Numbered from the stretch's first letter, positions 1-9,221 are shown. The stretch is 64,000 nucleotides of DNA from Campylobacterota bacterium (GCA_020633995.1 JACKCO010000004.1:90928-154927); one strand, 5' to 3'. Program-made: numbers and translations. The notes: generated by a model not told the origin, from the letters alone.

Positions 1-2
1 AG

Positions 3-641
3 AGTGAGGAACTGAAGAAAAAGATTCTCAATGCTGTTGATCATAAAAATCCCGCACAGACTGCCGAAGAGTTGGGCAGTATACTTAGAGCTGAAATGAA
101 AGATTTAGCAGATACAAAGTTATTGCAAGATACATCTGCTAAATGGGCAAAACGGTCGGTTGGCATAAAGGTTCTATTCTGTTTGCTATCATTTACTGCA
201 ATGTCCTCGCAAGCAAACCTCTCAGAGTATTCATCTGTTGCTCTAGTTGCCGCAGCGTTCTTTTTGATTTGTTATCCATTAGAAAAATTTGTGTTTAAAA
301 AACTTCTTATCTGGTTCTTTGAATATAGAAATGTTTCAAAAGAATATGCAGAGGCACTTAAAGGTCTTGTTGCAGAGTCACAAGAATTTGACCATATTCT
401 GTCTTTGCTTGAAGTAAAGGCAAATACAGAAATTCAGCGTCTGCATAAAGATTTCTTAGTAAGTGGTAACGTGCTTACTATATCTGAAGAAGATGCGATG
501 GATATTCTAACAAGATTTGTTATTTCACTTGAGAAGACTTTAAAAGAACACGCTCAAAATAGCATCGCTAAACCTCAATTAAATCAAGCTCCATCATATG
601 ATACCTTTGATATGCAAGGTAAAAATACCTTTTCTCGCTAA
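3..641 (+). CDS. hypothetical membrane protein, 5' end outside the window
   Basis: The frame is open from nt 3 with no stop upstream of the listed TTG at 72, so the gene probably starts before the window. Two hydrophobic helices (VLFCLLSFTAM, VALVAAAFFLICYPL). Followed by a terminator hairpin. Confidence 0.5.
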   Translation, partial: SEELKKKILNAVDHKNPAQTAEELGSILRAEMKDLADTKLLQDTSAKWAKRSVGIKVLFCLLSFTAMSSQANLSEYSSVALVAAAFFLICYPLEKFVFKKLLIWFFEYRNVSKEYAEALKGLVAESQEFDHILSLLEVKANTEIQRLHKDFLVSGNVLTISEEDAMDILTRFVISLEKTLKEHAQNSIAKPQLNQAPSYDTFDMQGKNTFSR

Positions 642-672
642 TTACCGATTTTAATAAAGATTGGCATTAATG

Positions 673-727
673 GCTGCCTGTCTGTACACTGGGCATTTAT
701 GTGTACGGCAGGCAGCTTTTATTTTTT
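673..727 (+). terminator. rho-independent terminator (imperfect GC-rich stem plus T-run)
   Basis: gctgcctgtctgtacac ... gtgtacggcaggcagc, one small internal bulge, followed by ttttatttttt. Confidence 0.6.
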
Positions 728-744
728 AATGATGGTTTGGTACT

Positions 745-2142
745 ATGCAAAACGAATGTACGTTTGTTCTGTTGGGGGCAACGGGTGATCTGGCAAAGCG
801 TAAGCTGATTCCAGCTATATATAAACTTGTTGCCGACAAGATGATTTCAAAATTTGTGTTGGTAGGTGCAGCACTTTCAGATACAACAATTGAGCAGGTG
901 CTATCCGATGGTAAAAAATTTATTACAGGCATTGATGAGCAGGTCTGGCAAAAAATTACCCAGGCGGCTTATTACCATCAGATGGATTTTCATGATGACA
1001 GTGCGTATGCGCCATTTTATGAGTTGTTGCAGCGCGTCGAGCAAAAGCATGGTTTGTTTGGCAATAGGATTTATTACCTGGCGGTTATGCCCCAGCACTT
1101 CGCATTTTTAACCAGAAACTTAGCTCAGTGTTGTATTGTCAGACAGCGAGATGATCATGGTAACGAGCCGTGGTCGCGCATAGTCTATGAAAAGCCATTT
1201 GGTTATGATCTAGTTTCAGCGCAAGAAATTAACGACAGCATAGCTCAGGTATATGATGAAAAACAGGTATACCGTATTGATCATTATCTTGGAAAAGAGC
1301 TGGTGAGCAACATAGCGCTAGCACGTTTTACCAACCGCGTTTTTGAGCCGTTGTGGAATAATGAGCATATTGAGTCTGTGCAAATTGTGCTGAGCGAAAA
1401 AATTGGCATCGAGGGCAGGGGAGAGTTTTATGATGCTTGTGGTGCGCTTAAAGATGTTGTGCAAAACCATATGCTTCAGATTCTTTCGTTAATTGCAATG
1501 GAGCCACCTGAAATGTTGACAGCCAAGCAAGTGCGTGATGCCAAAGCTCAGGTTCTTAAAGACGTTAATGTTGATAACGTTATTTTAGGCCAATACAAGG
1601 GGTATTTGCAGGAAGCAAATGTCAATAAAGACTCGCAGACTGAGACATTTGCAGCGCTTAAGCTAACCGTCGATAACCAGCGTTGGCAGGGTGTACCATT
1701 TTATTTGAAGACGGGAAAATATCTTAAAAATAAAGAGGCAAGTGTACATATTAAATTTAAGATGGTTAAGTGTCTACTTGACTGGTGTCCCGCAGATTCA
1801 AATTACCTGACTATCAAAATTCAGCCCGACGAGGGTATCTATCTTGATTTAAATGTCAAAAAACCTGGAGTAAATAATCAGGTAACGCCTGTAACGATGG
1901 ATTTATGCCACAGTTCTATTTTTGGACCTAATACGCCAGAGGCCTATGAAACGCTGTTAGCCGATGTTATAAAAGGCGATCAGTGTGCCTTTGTTCGCTC
2001 AGATGAAATTATTTTATCCTGGAAGATTATTGAGCAGGTACAGCAATTTGAAAAAAAATTGTATGCCTATGAAAAGGGGGGAGATGGGCCAGCTCAAGTT
2101 AAGCAGCTTGATAGTGAAAGGGAAATTACATGGAAAGCATGA
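745..2142 (+). CDS. zwf: glucose-6-phosphate 1-dehydrogenase
   Basis: 465 aa. GATGDLAKRKLIPA NADP-binding N-terminus plus EKPFG and RIDHYLGKE active-site motifs. Confidence 0.95.
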   Translation: MQNECTFVLLGATGDLAKRKLIPAIYKLVADKMISKFVLVGAALSDTTIEQVLSDGKKFITGIDEQVWQKITQAAYYHQMDFHDDSAYAPFYELLQRVEQKHGLFGNRIYYLAVMPQHFAFLTRNLAQCCIVRQRDDHGNEPWSRIVYEKPFGYDLVSAQEINDSIAQVYDEKQVYRIDHYLGKELVSNIALARFTNRVFEPLWNNEHIESVQIVLSEKIGIEGRGEFYDACGALKDVVQNHMLQILSLIAMEPPEMLTAKQVRDAKAQVLKDVNVDNVILGQYKGYLQEANVNKDSQTETFAALKLTVDNQRWQGVPFYLKTGKYLKNKEASVHIKFKMVKCLLDWCPADSNYLTIKIQPDEGIYLDLNVKKPGVNNQVTPVTMDLCHSSIFGPNTPEAYETLLADVIKGDQCAFVRSDEIILSWKIIEQVQQFEKKLYAYEKGGDGPAQVKQLDSEREITWKA

Positions 2143-3041
2143 AGATAGGACTTGTTGGACTTGGTAAAATGGGCCAAGCCATTACTCATCGCCTTGTTCA
2201 AGCGGGACATAACGTTGCTGGCTTTGACATGGGCCAGCAAGCACGGCAGCAAGCGCGTGAGAGCGGTGTTGAAATTGTTACAACGCTTGAAGAACTAGCT
2301 ACCAAAGCTCGCATTATTTGGATTATGGTTCCACAGGGTGAACCTGTTGATCAGGTGATTGAACAATTATTACCAAACCTTCGCTCAGAAGACATTCTCA
2401 TTGATGGTGGTAACAGTTTGTACAAAGACACAATCAGACGCCATCAAGCATTGCAAGAGAAAAAAATTCATTTTCTCGATTGTGGCACATCAGGTGGTGT
2501 GCATGGTCGTGATATTGGATTTTCACTCATGGTTGGCGGAGACCAGCAAGTCTTTGAAAAAATAATACCGTTGTTTGCCGCCGTTGCAGCTCCAGATGGA
2601 TTTGGTTACATGGGTCCGGCTGGAGCCGGGCATTATGTAAAGATGGTGCATAATGGTATAGAGTATGCATTGCTCCAAGCATATGGAGAAGGCCTTGATC
2701 TGTTAAAAAATGGACATTATCCCAACCTTGACCTTGAAAAAGTAACCAAGGTATGGGCAAATGGCTCGATAATTCGCTCATGGATTGTTGAACTGGCGCA
2801 CGAAGTTTTCGAGCAAGACCAGACACTTGAGCATATCTCAGGTTATATAGCTGAAAACAAGACAGGGCAATGGACGTCTCAGGCTGCTCATGAGAAGAAC
2901 GTACCAGTCAAACTGATTGATGAAGCACTTGCCATACGTGCATGGTCACGCTCTACTGGTGGTAATTTTGGAACAAAGGTTGTTGCCATGTTGCGCAATA
3001 AATTTGGTGGGCATACAGTAAAAAAGAATGAAGAGGAGTGA
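2139..3041 (+). CDS. gnd: 6-phosphogluconate dehydrogenase, short (~300 aa) decarboxylating form
   Basis: MKIGLVGLGKMG Rossmann N-terminus, DGGNSLYKD, CGTSGGVHG...SLMVGG. The ATG at 2139 forms an ATGA overlap with the zwf stop; the ORF-track start at 2130 is also possible. Confidence 0.85.
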   Translation: MKIGLVGLGKMGQAITHRLVQAGHNVAGFDMGQQARQQARESGVEIVTTLEELATKARIIWIMVPQGEPVDQVIEQLLPNLRSEDILIDGGNSLYKDTIRRHQALQEKKIHFLDCGTSGGVHGRDIGFSLMVGGDQQVFEKIIPLFAAVAAPDGFGYMGPAGAGHYVKMVHNGIEYALLQAYGEGLDLLKNGHYPNLDLEKVTKVWANGSIIRSWIVELAHEVFEQDQTLEHISGYIAENKTGQWTSQAAHEKNVPVKLIDEALAIRAWSRSTGGNFGTKVVAMLRNKFGGHTVKKNEEE

Positions 3042-3046
3042 GAATT

Positions 3047-3682
3047 ATGCAAACAGATAGTTTGATTGATATTAGTTGGCCAATCAGTCCAGATATGACA
3101 GCTTACAAAGATCGTAAAGTTGTAGTGTTTGAGGCAACTAAGACATTTGATAAAGATGAGGTACGAGAAGCACTTGTTACCCTTGGGACGCATAGCGGTA
3201 CGCATGTAGATGCACCGGCTCACTTTGTTAAAGATGGTAAAACTATTGATCAAATAAGCCTAGATCATTTTATTGGTTCATGCCGAGTGCTTGACATGAC
3301 GGTGTGTAAAGAAAAAATATCAGCTGATGATTTGCGTGCTCATAAGCCGCAAGAGCATGAAATAATTCTGCTTAAAACAAAAAACAGTCAACTTAAGGTG
3401 CAAGAGCCATTTAACAAAGACTTTGTGTATATTGATAGCTCGGCAGCTCAGTTTTTGGCCGAGTGCCGAGTTAAGACAGTTGGCATTGATTATCTCGGCA
3501 TTGAACGAGGCCAGTCCGATCATGCTTCCCATATTGCGTTGTTTGAAGCGGGCATCATTATTGTTGAAGGGCTGCGGCTTGCGCAAGCGCAGGGTGGGCA
3601 TTATTTTTTGTCATGTTTGCCTTTATTGCTTGCTGGCCTTGAGGCCGCTCCGGCTCGCGCACTGCTTTTGCCTTTGCCCTAA
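3047..3682 (+). CDS. cyclase-family metal hydrolase (arylformamidase / kynurenine formamidase-like)
   Basis: HSGTHVDAPAHF (the HxGTHxDxPxH cyclase-family motif) and a family-typical C-terminus G.Y.L..LPL...GLEAAPARALL. GAGGAG SD lies 8 nt upstream of the ATG at 3047. Confidence 0.75.
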   Translation: MQTDSLIDISWPISPDMTAYKDRKVVVFEATKTFDKDEVREALVTLGTHSGTHVDAPAHFVKDGKTIDQISLDHFIGSCRVLDMTVCKEKISADDLRAHKPQEHEIILLKTKNSQLKVQEPFNKDFVYIDSSAAQFLAECRVKTVGIDYLGIERGQSDHASHIALFEAGIIIVEGLRLAQAQGGHYFLSCLPLLLAGLEAAPARALLLPLP

Positions 3683-4211
3683 ATGGCTTACTGATCTTTA
3701 AGAGCTGAGCAAATTCTTTTCGGTAGTCGGTGATAATATTTTTATCGTCAGTGACTATAACGTTTTCGCGGTGTTTTTCGTTGGCTGATTTTGTCCAGTT
3801 AAATGAACCCGTCCAAACGACAGTGTTGTCAAAGATTGCAAATTTATGGTGCATAAGCACATCGTCACTGCCAAAAAAATTTTTGTGAGCTTTGCTTTGA
3901 TCAAATACTTTGACCACGACATTGTTTTCGGCTAAGAAATCTCCCTTGCCAAATTTGTCACAGCTTATGGGGTCTACAATAACGGTAACTTTGACCCCTC
4001 GGTTATGAGCGTCGATTAGTGCCTGAGCTAGAGGCTTTGCTGTAAGCATATAGACAGCTACATCAATACTTGTTTGAGCATGTTTGATAAGTTCGATAAG
4101 CTTTGTAGAAACATCATCGCGGGGAGAAAAAAGACTACGACATTCTGGTTGTACCCGAAGTATTACACTAAGTGCTAGGAAAAATAAGACTCCAGCCATA
4201 CGCTTTTTCAT
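3558..4211 (-). CDS. secreted PLD-superfamily protein (Nuc-like endonuclease/phospholipase D, single HKD motif)
   Basis: Signal peptide MKKRMAGVLFFLALSVILRV. HKD motif HHKFAIFD...GSFNWTKSA. The ATG at 4211 has better SD spacing than the one at 4220. The 3' 125 nt are antisense to the cyclase gene. Confidence 0.8.
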   Translation of the reverse strand: MKKRMAGVLFFLALSVILRVQPECRSLFSPRDDVSTKLIELIKHAQTSIDVAVYMLTAKPLAQALIDAHNRGVKVTVIVDPISCDKFGKGDFLAENNVVVKVFDQSKAHKNFFGSDDVLMHHKFAIFDNTVVWTGSFNWTKSANEKHRENVIVTDDKNIITDYRKEFAQLLKISKPFRAKAKAVREPERPQGQQAIKANMTKNNAHPALAQAAALQQ

Positions 4212-4247
4212 GCGATGCATCTCTCTCTTTGTTAAAAATGTACAATG

Positions 4248-5141
4248 CTATTCACTTCCTCTTATACAGGCATAGCACATTTTTACTCCTTCCCACAACC
4301 AACAGCAAGGTTCTTCGTCTTTATGGTAGACTCGTGTAGTCGGTTGGGGTTGATAGTTTTTTATAAATGATGCAATTTCTAAGTTAGTGTCCTCTAGCTG
4401 CTCTATAAGATTCTTGCCGGAGCGATCTTGTACATTTTTATTGGCGCCAGCATCAAGAAGCTCTTTTAAAATGCTTTTTTGCAGGTCAGCTGTTTTTAAT
4501 TTTCCTATTAACCATTTCCAAGTGTTCTTGTTGAGTTCGATTTGTTCAAACTGAGCCGCTCGTTCTTGGTAATTTATGTGAGCTGCAAGACTAAGGGCGC
4601 TGCAGTCTAAAATATCATTGTAGACGTTGACATCTGCGCCGCAATCAATAAGTGCAATCATGCTTTCAATATTGCCGGTCAGTACTGCACACATTAACGG
4701 GGTTAACCCATGGGTACTTTTTTTGTTTAGCATTGAGCGAAAAAGTAAGCAGTAGTGTCCTTCTTTGTTTTTCCCTAAAACAATTTGGCTTTCGAAATTA
4801 AGGTCGCATTGCAGGGTTCCATACATTGCATGAGTGTGTAATAAGGTGTTGCCTTGTTCCAAGAGTACCATGTAAGCCGGCCAGTTTTTTTCCTGAAATG
4901 CAAGTTCTAGCGCGGTAAGGCCTTGGCCGTCTCTAAGCGAAAAATCATAAGTGTTTACTTTTAACAGTGCCGTCAATGCACTTACTGGAGTTCTGTTTTT
5001 GATCACTTCGTGTAGAGAGTGTTTGCTCATTTGTTCTGTTGTCATATCGTCAAGCAACAGCGTAGCTTTTTCAGAAGCCTCAAGCGACTGAAGAAAACTC
5101 ATGCATGACAGAGCCAGAACGAGTGTTGCATGTAAATGCAT
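4248..5141 (-). CDS. secreted ankyrin-repeat protein
   Basis: Signal peptide MHLHATLVLALSCMSFLQSLEA. ANK-type repeats (GLTALELAF..., GLTPLMCAVLTGNIESMIALIDCGADVNV, LLDAGANKNVQDRSGKN). Confidence 0.8.
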   Translation of the reverse strand: MHLHATLVLALSCMSFLQSLEASEKATLLLDDMTTEQMSKHSLHEVIKNRTPVSALTALLKVNTYDFSLRDGQGLTALELAFQEKNWPAYMVLLEQGNTLLHTHAMYGTLQCDLNFESQIVLGKNKEGHYCLLFRSMLNKKSTHGLTPLMCAVLTGNIESMIALIDCGADVNVYNDILDCSALSLAAHINYQERAAQFEQIELNKNTWKWLIGKLKTADLQKSILKELLDAGANKNVQDRSGKNLIEQLEDTNLEIASFIKNYQPQPTTRVYHKDEEPCCWLWEGVKMCYACIRGSE

Positions 5142-5162
5142 GAAGCCCCATTTTTATGTTAG

Positions 5163-6512
5163 TTACCCTATTTTTTTATCTTGTGCTTGGTAGCCCATGG
5201 CAGTCAGTTGGTCGCGAATAGCGTCTGCACGAGCCCAGTCTTTTTGCTCACGTGCTTGTGTTCGCTCATCTAGCAATGCCTGAATCTCTGGGGTAATGTC
5301 AAGGGTTTGCTCTTTGAACGGTTGCAGCGTAAGCCCAAGTATACCTGAGAGCATGGTGTAGATAAAGTTGGCAAGTTCGAGTGATGTCTTTATTGTGGCA
5401 AGGTTTTCAAATACAAGTCCCAAAAGCTTTGGGGTATTCAAGTTATTGCATAGTGCTTGCAGCATAGTGTTAGCAATATCAGATTGTTCTGCAAATTGTT
5501 TACATTGCTTGCTGTTGAGTATTGTAAGAGACGGGTCAGAAAAATGGGAGCACAGTTTTTTGTAAGCTGTTTTTGCGGCGTCAACATCAACGGGATTAAA
5601 GTCGATTGGAGTTGTGTAATGGTGTTGTAAAAAGAAATAGCGCAGTACCATGGGGTCAACAGTTTTAAACGCTTCGTGCAGCGTCATAAAGTTGCCCAAC
5701 GATTTTGACATTTTAACTTTGTTAACATTTACAAAGGCGTTGTGTATCCAGTAGTTTGCAAATGGTTTGTCGTGAAGCGCCTCTGTTTGGGCAATTTCAT
5801 TTTCATGATGAGGAAAAATAAGATCCATGCCGCCACCATGGATGTCAATTGTTTGTCCGAGATGTTTTTTGGCCATAACAGAACATTCAATGTGCCATCC
5901 TGGTCGACCATAACCCCATGGAGACTGCCAGTATTCGTTATTGTTGTTGCCCTTCCATAGTGCAAAGTCACTAGCATTTTTTTTACGCTCATCAACATCG
6001 ACGCGTGCACCGGCCAACAAGTCATTTAGATCTCTGCCTGAGAGTTTGCCGTATTCTTTAAATGTGCTGATGTCAAAATACACATCGTTATCAATAACGT
6101 AGGCATGTTCTTTTTTGATGAGTTCTTCGATGAAGATGATAATTTCTGGAATGCATTCCGTCACGCGTGGTTCATATTCTGGCGTTATGCAATTGAGTGC
6201 TTGCATATCATCGGTGTATGCAGCAATGAATTTTTCAGCGACATCTTTGTATGTCGTATTTCCACCCATCTCTTGGGCACGATTGATGAGCTTATCATCA
6301 ATATCAGTGAAATTTCGTGCGTAGGCTACATCGTAACCTAGTTGACGCAGCAGGCGGAGTAGAAAGTCAAAATGAACATATGCTCGGCCGTGGCCAAGGT
6401 GAGCGTAATCATACGGTGTTATACCACAGACATATAAATTTACTTTTCCTTCTTGCAAAGGAGTGAAAAATTCTTCTTGCTTAGTGAGTGTGTTTGTAAT
6501 TTTTAGCTTCAT
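5163..6512 (-). CDS. cysS: cysteine--tRNA ligase
   Basis: HIGH motif (YAHLGHGRAY), KMSKS motif (VKMSKSLGN), class I CysRS layout. Start moved to MKLKITNTLT, because the longer ORF-track N-terminus runs through a terminator hairpin. Confidence 0.93.
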   Translation of the reverse strand: MKLKITNTLTKQEEFFTPLQEGKVNLYVCGITPYDYAHLGHGRAYVHFDFLLRLLRQLGYDVAYARNFTDIDDKLINRAQEMGGNTTYKDVAEKFIAAYTDDMQALNCITPEYEPRVTECIPEIIIFIEELIKKEHAYVIDNDVYFDISTFKEYGKLSGRDLNDLLAGARVDVDERKKNASDFALWKGNNNNEYWQSPWGYGRPGWHIECSVMAKKHLGQTIDIHGGGMDLIFPHHENEIAQTEALHDKPFANYWIHNAFVNVNKVKMSKSLGNFMTLHEAFKTVDPMVLRYFFLQHHYTTPIDFNPVDVDAAKTAYKKLCSHFSDPSLTILNSKQCKQFAEQSDIANTMLQALCNNLNTPKLLGLVFENLATIKTSLELANFIYTMLSGILGLTLQPFKEQTLDITPEIQALLDERTQAREQKDWARADAIRDQLTAMGYQAQDKKIG

Positions 6513-6528
6513 TTTTTTAGGTACCTGT

Positions 6529-6558
6529 AAAAAAGGAGTGTACGAACAAGTACACTCC
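6529..6558 (-). terminator. rho-independent terminator downstream of the thioredoxin gene
   Basis: Perfect 9-bp stem ggagtgtac/gtacactcc with a 6-nt loop, followed on the minus strand by TTTTTT. Confidence 0.6.
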
Positions 6559-6615
6559 CGAATCAATTATCTATGACTTGTAAACTTGTTGTTAAATCAG
6601 CAACCTCTTAAGCAA

Positions 6616-7101
6616 TTATGCTGTTGGAGCTGTTGCGGATGTAGTTCCTGATTTTGTTGCGGCTTGCTTCAAATTGTCTTCAATTGCTTTTTTAAATGCT
6701 GCTTCGCTTTGGCCGCCGACGATCTGACCTTTTTTTTGTCCACCATCAAAGAACAGAAACGTAGGGATGGCTGTTACACCATACTTATTGGCGAGTCCTT
6801 TTGCTTTATCAATATCGATGCTGACAAATTTATAGTCTTTGTTCATTTCACCAGCGAGCTTGCTAAAAATAGGGAGCATGGTTTTGCATGCACCGCACCA
6901 TGTTGCCCAAAAGTCAACGACAACTGGTTTGTCTGATTTGAGGACCATGGTATTGAAATCTTGTTCGCTTACAACTTCGGTAACGTGGGTTGATTTCTTA
7001 TTGTTTTTTGTTTTGCTGTTTGCCGTGCTGAACCAATCTCCACACCCCGACAGGATCGCTATCAAACAGATCAACCAAAGACGTTTTAACGTTGTACTCA
7101 T
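6616..7101 (-). CDS. lipoprotein-anchored (periplasmic) thioredoxin-fold protein with WCGAC active site
   Basis: Lipobox LSGC at the end of the signal peptide MSTTLKRLWLICLIAILSGC. Thioredoxin core VVDFWATWCGACK...IPTFLFF. Confidence 0.85.
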   Translation of the reverse strand: MSTTLKRLWLICLIAILSGCGDWFSTANSKTKNNKKSTHVTEVVSEQDFNTMVLKSDKPVVVDFWATWCGACKTMLPIFSKLAGEMNKDYKFVSIDIDKAKGLANKYGVTAIPTFLFFDGGQKKGQIVGGQSEAAFKKAIEDNLKQAATKSGTTSATAPTA

Positions 7102-7249
7102 GCTACTCCTTTTCTATAAAGATATTATTTTTACACCATGCAACTTAGCATACCCTGAAAAAACTACAAAGTGTAGATTTGGTCAAAATGTTAATGATAT
7201 CTTGCCCCTAGGAGGGTTGTTCACAGATTTATTGTACAAAGGGAATAAA

Positions 7250-7564
7250 ATGGGAGCCTATAAATACGTAATTGGAATCTTATTATCTGCTACTTTCTTG
7301 TTTTGTTTTGCCAAAATTTATCAACACAATACAATTATTCGCTTGCGTTATAAACTTCAGCGGTTAGAGCAAGAGCACAAAGGTCTTGAGCTTGAAAAGC
7401 AGCAATTGTTGGTCCAGGTTTGTCAGTTGCAAGATCACAGTAAGGCAAAAGAATTAGCGCGTAAAGAGCTGAATATGCAAGAGCTTAACCTCAAACAGGT
7501 CAAAGTGCTCACTCTAAAAACAACTACATCTCAGACAGTGACAATGGGAACCTTTCATGCGTAA
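7250..7564 (+). CDS. ftsL: cell division protein FtsL-like (TM helix plus coiled coil)
   Basis: 104 aa. TM segment VIGILLSATFLFCFA followed by heptad-rich LQRLEQEHKGLELEKQQLLVQV. Lies immediately upstream of ftsI and overlaps it by 8 nt. Confidence 0.6.
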   Translation: MGAYKYVIGILLSATFLFCFAKIYQHNTIIRLRYKLQRLEQEHKGLELEKQQLLVQVCQLQDHSKAKELARKELNMQELNLKQVKVLTLKTTTSQTVTMGTFHA

Positions 7565-9221
7565 ATGGTATAACCATGTAGATATCTCTCGCTATAAGAT
7601 GCGTGTGGGGCTTGTGTGCCTTTGTTTTTTTGTAATGTTTGCGATCATAGCATTGCGGCTTTTTCTGCTACAGGTAAGACAAAAAGATTTTTTTATGCTG
7701 TTGGCACGAAGTCAGTATCAAACAAATTTGAGCATTGTGCCAGCGCGAGCAGAAATTTTTGACCGCTCAGGTAGTGTGGCGCTGGCATTTAACAGGCAGG
7801 TGCAGTCCGCATTTGTTCTTAAAAATCAGTGTAAAGATATTGCTAAATTGAATGACTTTTTAAGGCGACATTACCCCGATGTGTACAAAAAGATGAACGA
7901 ACATCCACAACAAAACTTTTTCTGGATTGAGCGTAAGCTTAGTTCAGAGCGTTATTCCTGGCTTAAAGGAGCCGATGTTTGCGATATTAATTTTGTTGGC
8001 GAAGATCAGCGTGTTTATGCACAGCCTTCGTTAGGGCAAGTGATTGGGATAACTGATGTTGACAACGTTGGATTGACCGGAACAGAGCTTTTGTTTTCAG
8101 AGCAACTATGTGGAAGCCCAACACTGGTCAGCATTGAAAAGGATGCACGTTCTGGATCATTTTACTTTGAACAAGCAGTTCAGCAGCAGGGAAAAAAAGG
8201 AGATGTGCTGCGGTTGTCGATTGATAGTACTTTGCAGTCTCTTGCTTGGGAACAACTTAAACAAACCGTTGAAGAGTATGAAGCATTGGTAGGTACGGTG
8301 CTTATTGTCAATCCTGACAATGGTCAGGTGCTTGCACTTGCCAACTATCCATCTTTTGACCCAAATCAAAAATGTACCGATCTTGACCTACTTAAAAATA
8401 ATGCTGTCAATGAATGTTATGAGTTGGGCTCAGTTTTTAAAGTTTTCACTGCGCTTGGTGCGCTTGAGCAGGGTGTGGTTGATATGGATGAAGAAATTGA
8501 TTGCGAGGGAAAAGTGTCCATGGTTAATCGCGTACGTGTTGAAAATTGGAGGCGGTTTGAAACAATGACGTTTCGCGATGTTGTGCGCTACTCAAGCAAT
8601 ATTGGTATTGCAAAAGTGAGTATGCGGTTGGGGCATAATTTGTATGATCATTTGACCATGCTTGGCTTTGGTAGAAAGACAGGCATTGAGCTGCCGGGAG
8701 AACGTGATGGGTTTGTCAATCATCCGTCTAAATGGAGTAGGCCATCGGTCATTGTTTTATCGTTTGGATATGAAATCATGGCAACGCTTGCCCAGCTTGC
8801 GCGTGCCTTTTGCACCATTGCCAATGGGGGTTACGACGTACCACTGACTCTTTTATGCCAGTCTAAAGGGAACGTGGCGCATGCTCGCAGGTTGTACAAA
8901 GAAAAAACGATTGAAGATGTCAAATCTATTTTGACTGACATTGGCGTTCGTTATCCCGTCGATGGGTTTCAAGTGATGGGCAAAACTGGTAGCGCTCGGT
9001 GTGTTAAAGATGGTAAGTACTCACCTCTGCATCATAATTACACGTTTGCAGGAATTGTTGAACAGGGTGCATACAAACGCGTGGTTATTACGTTTATCAA
9101 GGAGCCAAAAAAATATGTTCAATATGCATCCCAAGTTACAGCGCCCTTGTTTCAGCGAATTGCGCATAAAATGGCACTGCATGATCTTATGAGTCTTGAT
9201 GTTACGGTTACGAACTCTTAG
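7557..9221 (+). CDS. ftsI: penicillin-binding protein, class B transpeptidase (FtsI/PBP3-like)
   Basis: N-terminal TM anchor. SxxK (GSVFK), SxN (SSN) and KTG (GKTGSA) motifs in canonical order. Confidence 0.9.
   Translation: MRKWYNHVDISRYKMRVGLVCLCFFVMFAIIALRLFLLQVRQKDFFMLLARSQYQTNLSIVPARAEIFDRSGSVALAFNRQVQSAFVLKNQCKDIAKLNDFLRRHYPDVYKKMNEHPQQNFFWIERKLSSERYSWLKGADVCDINFVGEDQRVYAQPSLGQVIGITDVDNVGLTGTELLFSEQLCGSPTLVSIEKDARSGSFYFEQAVQQQGKKGDVLRLSIDSTLQSLAWEQLKQTVEEYEALVGTVLIVNPDNGQVLALANYPSFDPNQKCTDLDLLKNNAVNECYELGSVFKVFTALGALEQGVVDMDEEIDCEGKVSMVNRVRVENWRRFETMTFRDVVRYSSNIGIAKVSMRLGHNLYDHLTMLGFGRKTGIELPGERDGFVNHPSKWSRPSVIVLSFGYEIMATLAQLARAFCTIANGGYDVPLTLLCQSKGNVAHARRLYKEKTIEDVKSILTDIGVRYPVDGFQVMGKTGSARCVKDGKYSPLHHNYTFAGIVEQGAYKRVVITFIKEPKKYVQYASQVTAPLFQRIAHKMALHDLMSLDVTVTNS

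Noticed and set aside
726-1111. Short ORFs on both strands inside zwf (726-932 minus, 866-1111 plus, 901-1098 minus); the same type of nested ORF occurs throughout the housekeeping genes
   Set aside because: They are nested within or antisense to strongly supported CDSs and are typical random ORFs.
6513-6566. 18-codon N-terminal extension of cysS (MIRECTCSYTPFLQVPKK)
   Set aside because: It runs through the minus-strand terminator hairpin at 6529-6558. CysRS homology begins at MKLKITNTLT.
6839-7249. Long N-terminal extension of the ORF 6839-7564
   Set aside because: The first 137 codons are antisense to the thioredoxin gene and its upstream region and have no recognisable features. The FtsL-like TM plus coiled-coil protein starts plausibly at the ATG at 7250.
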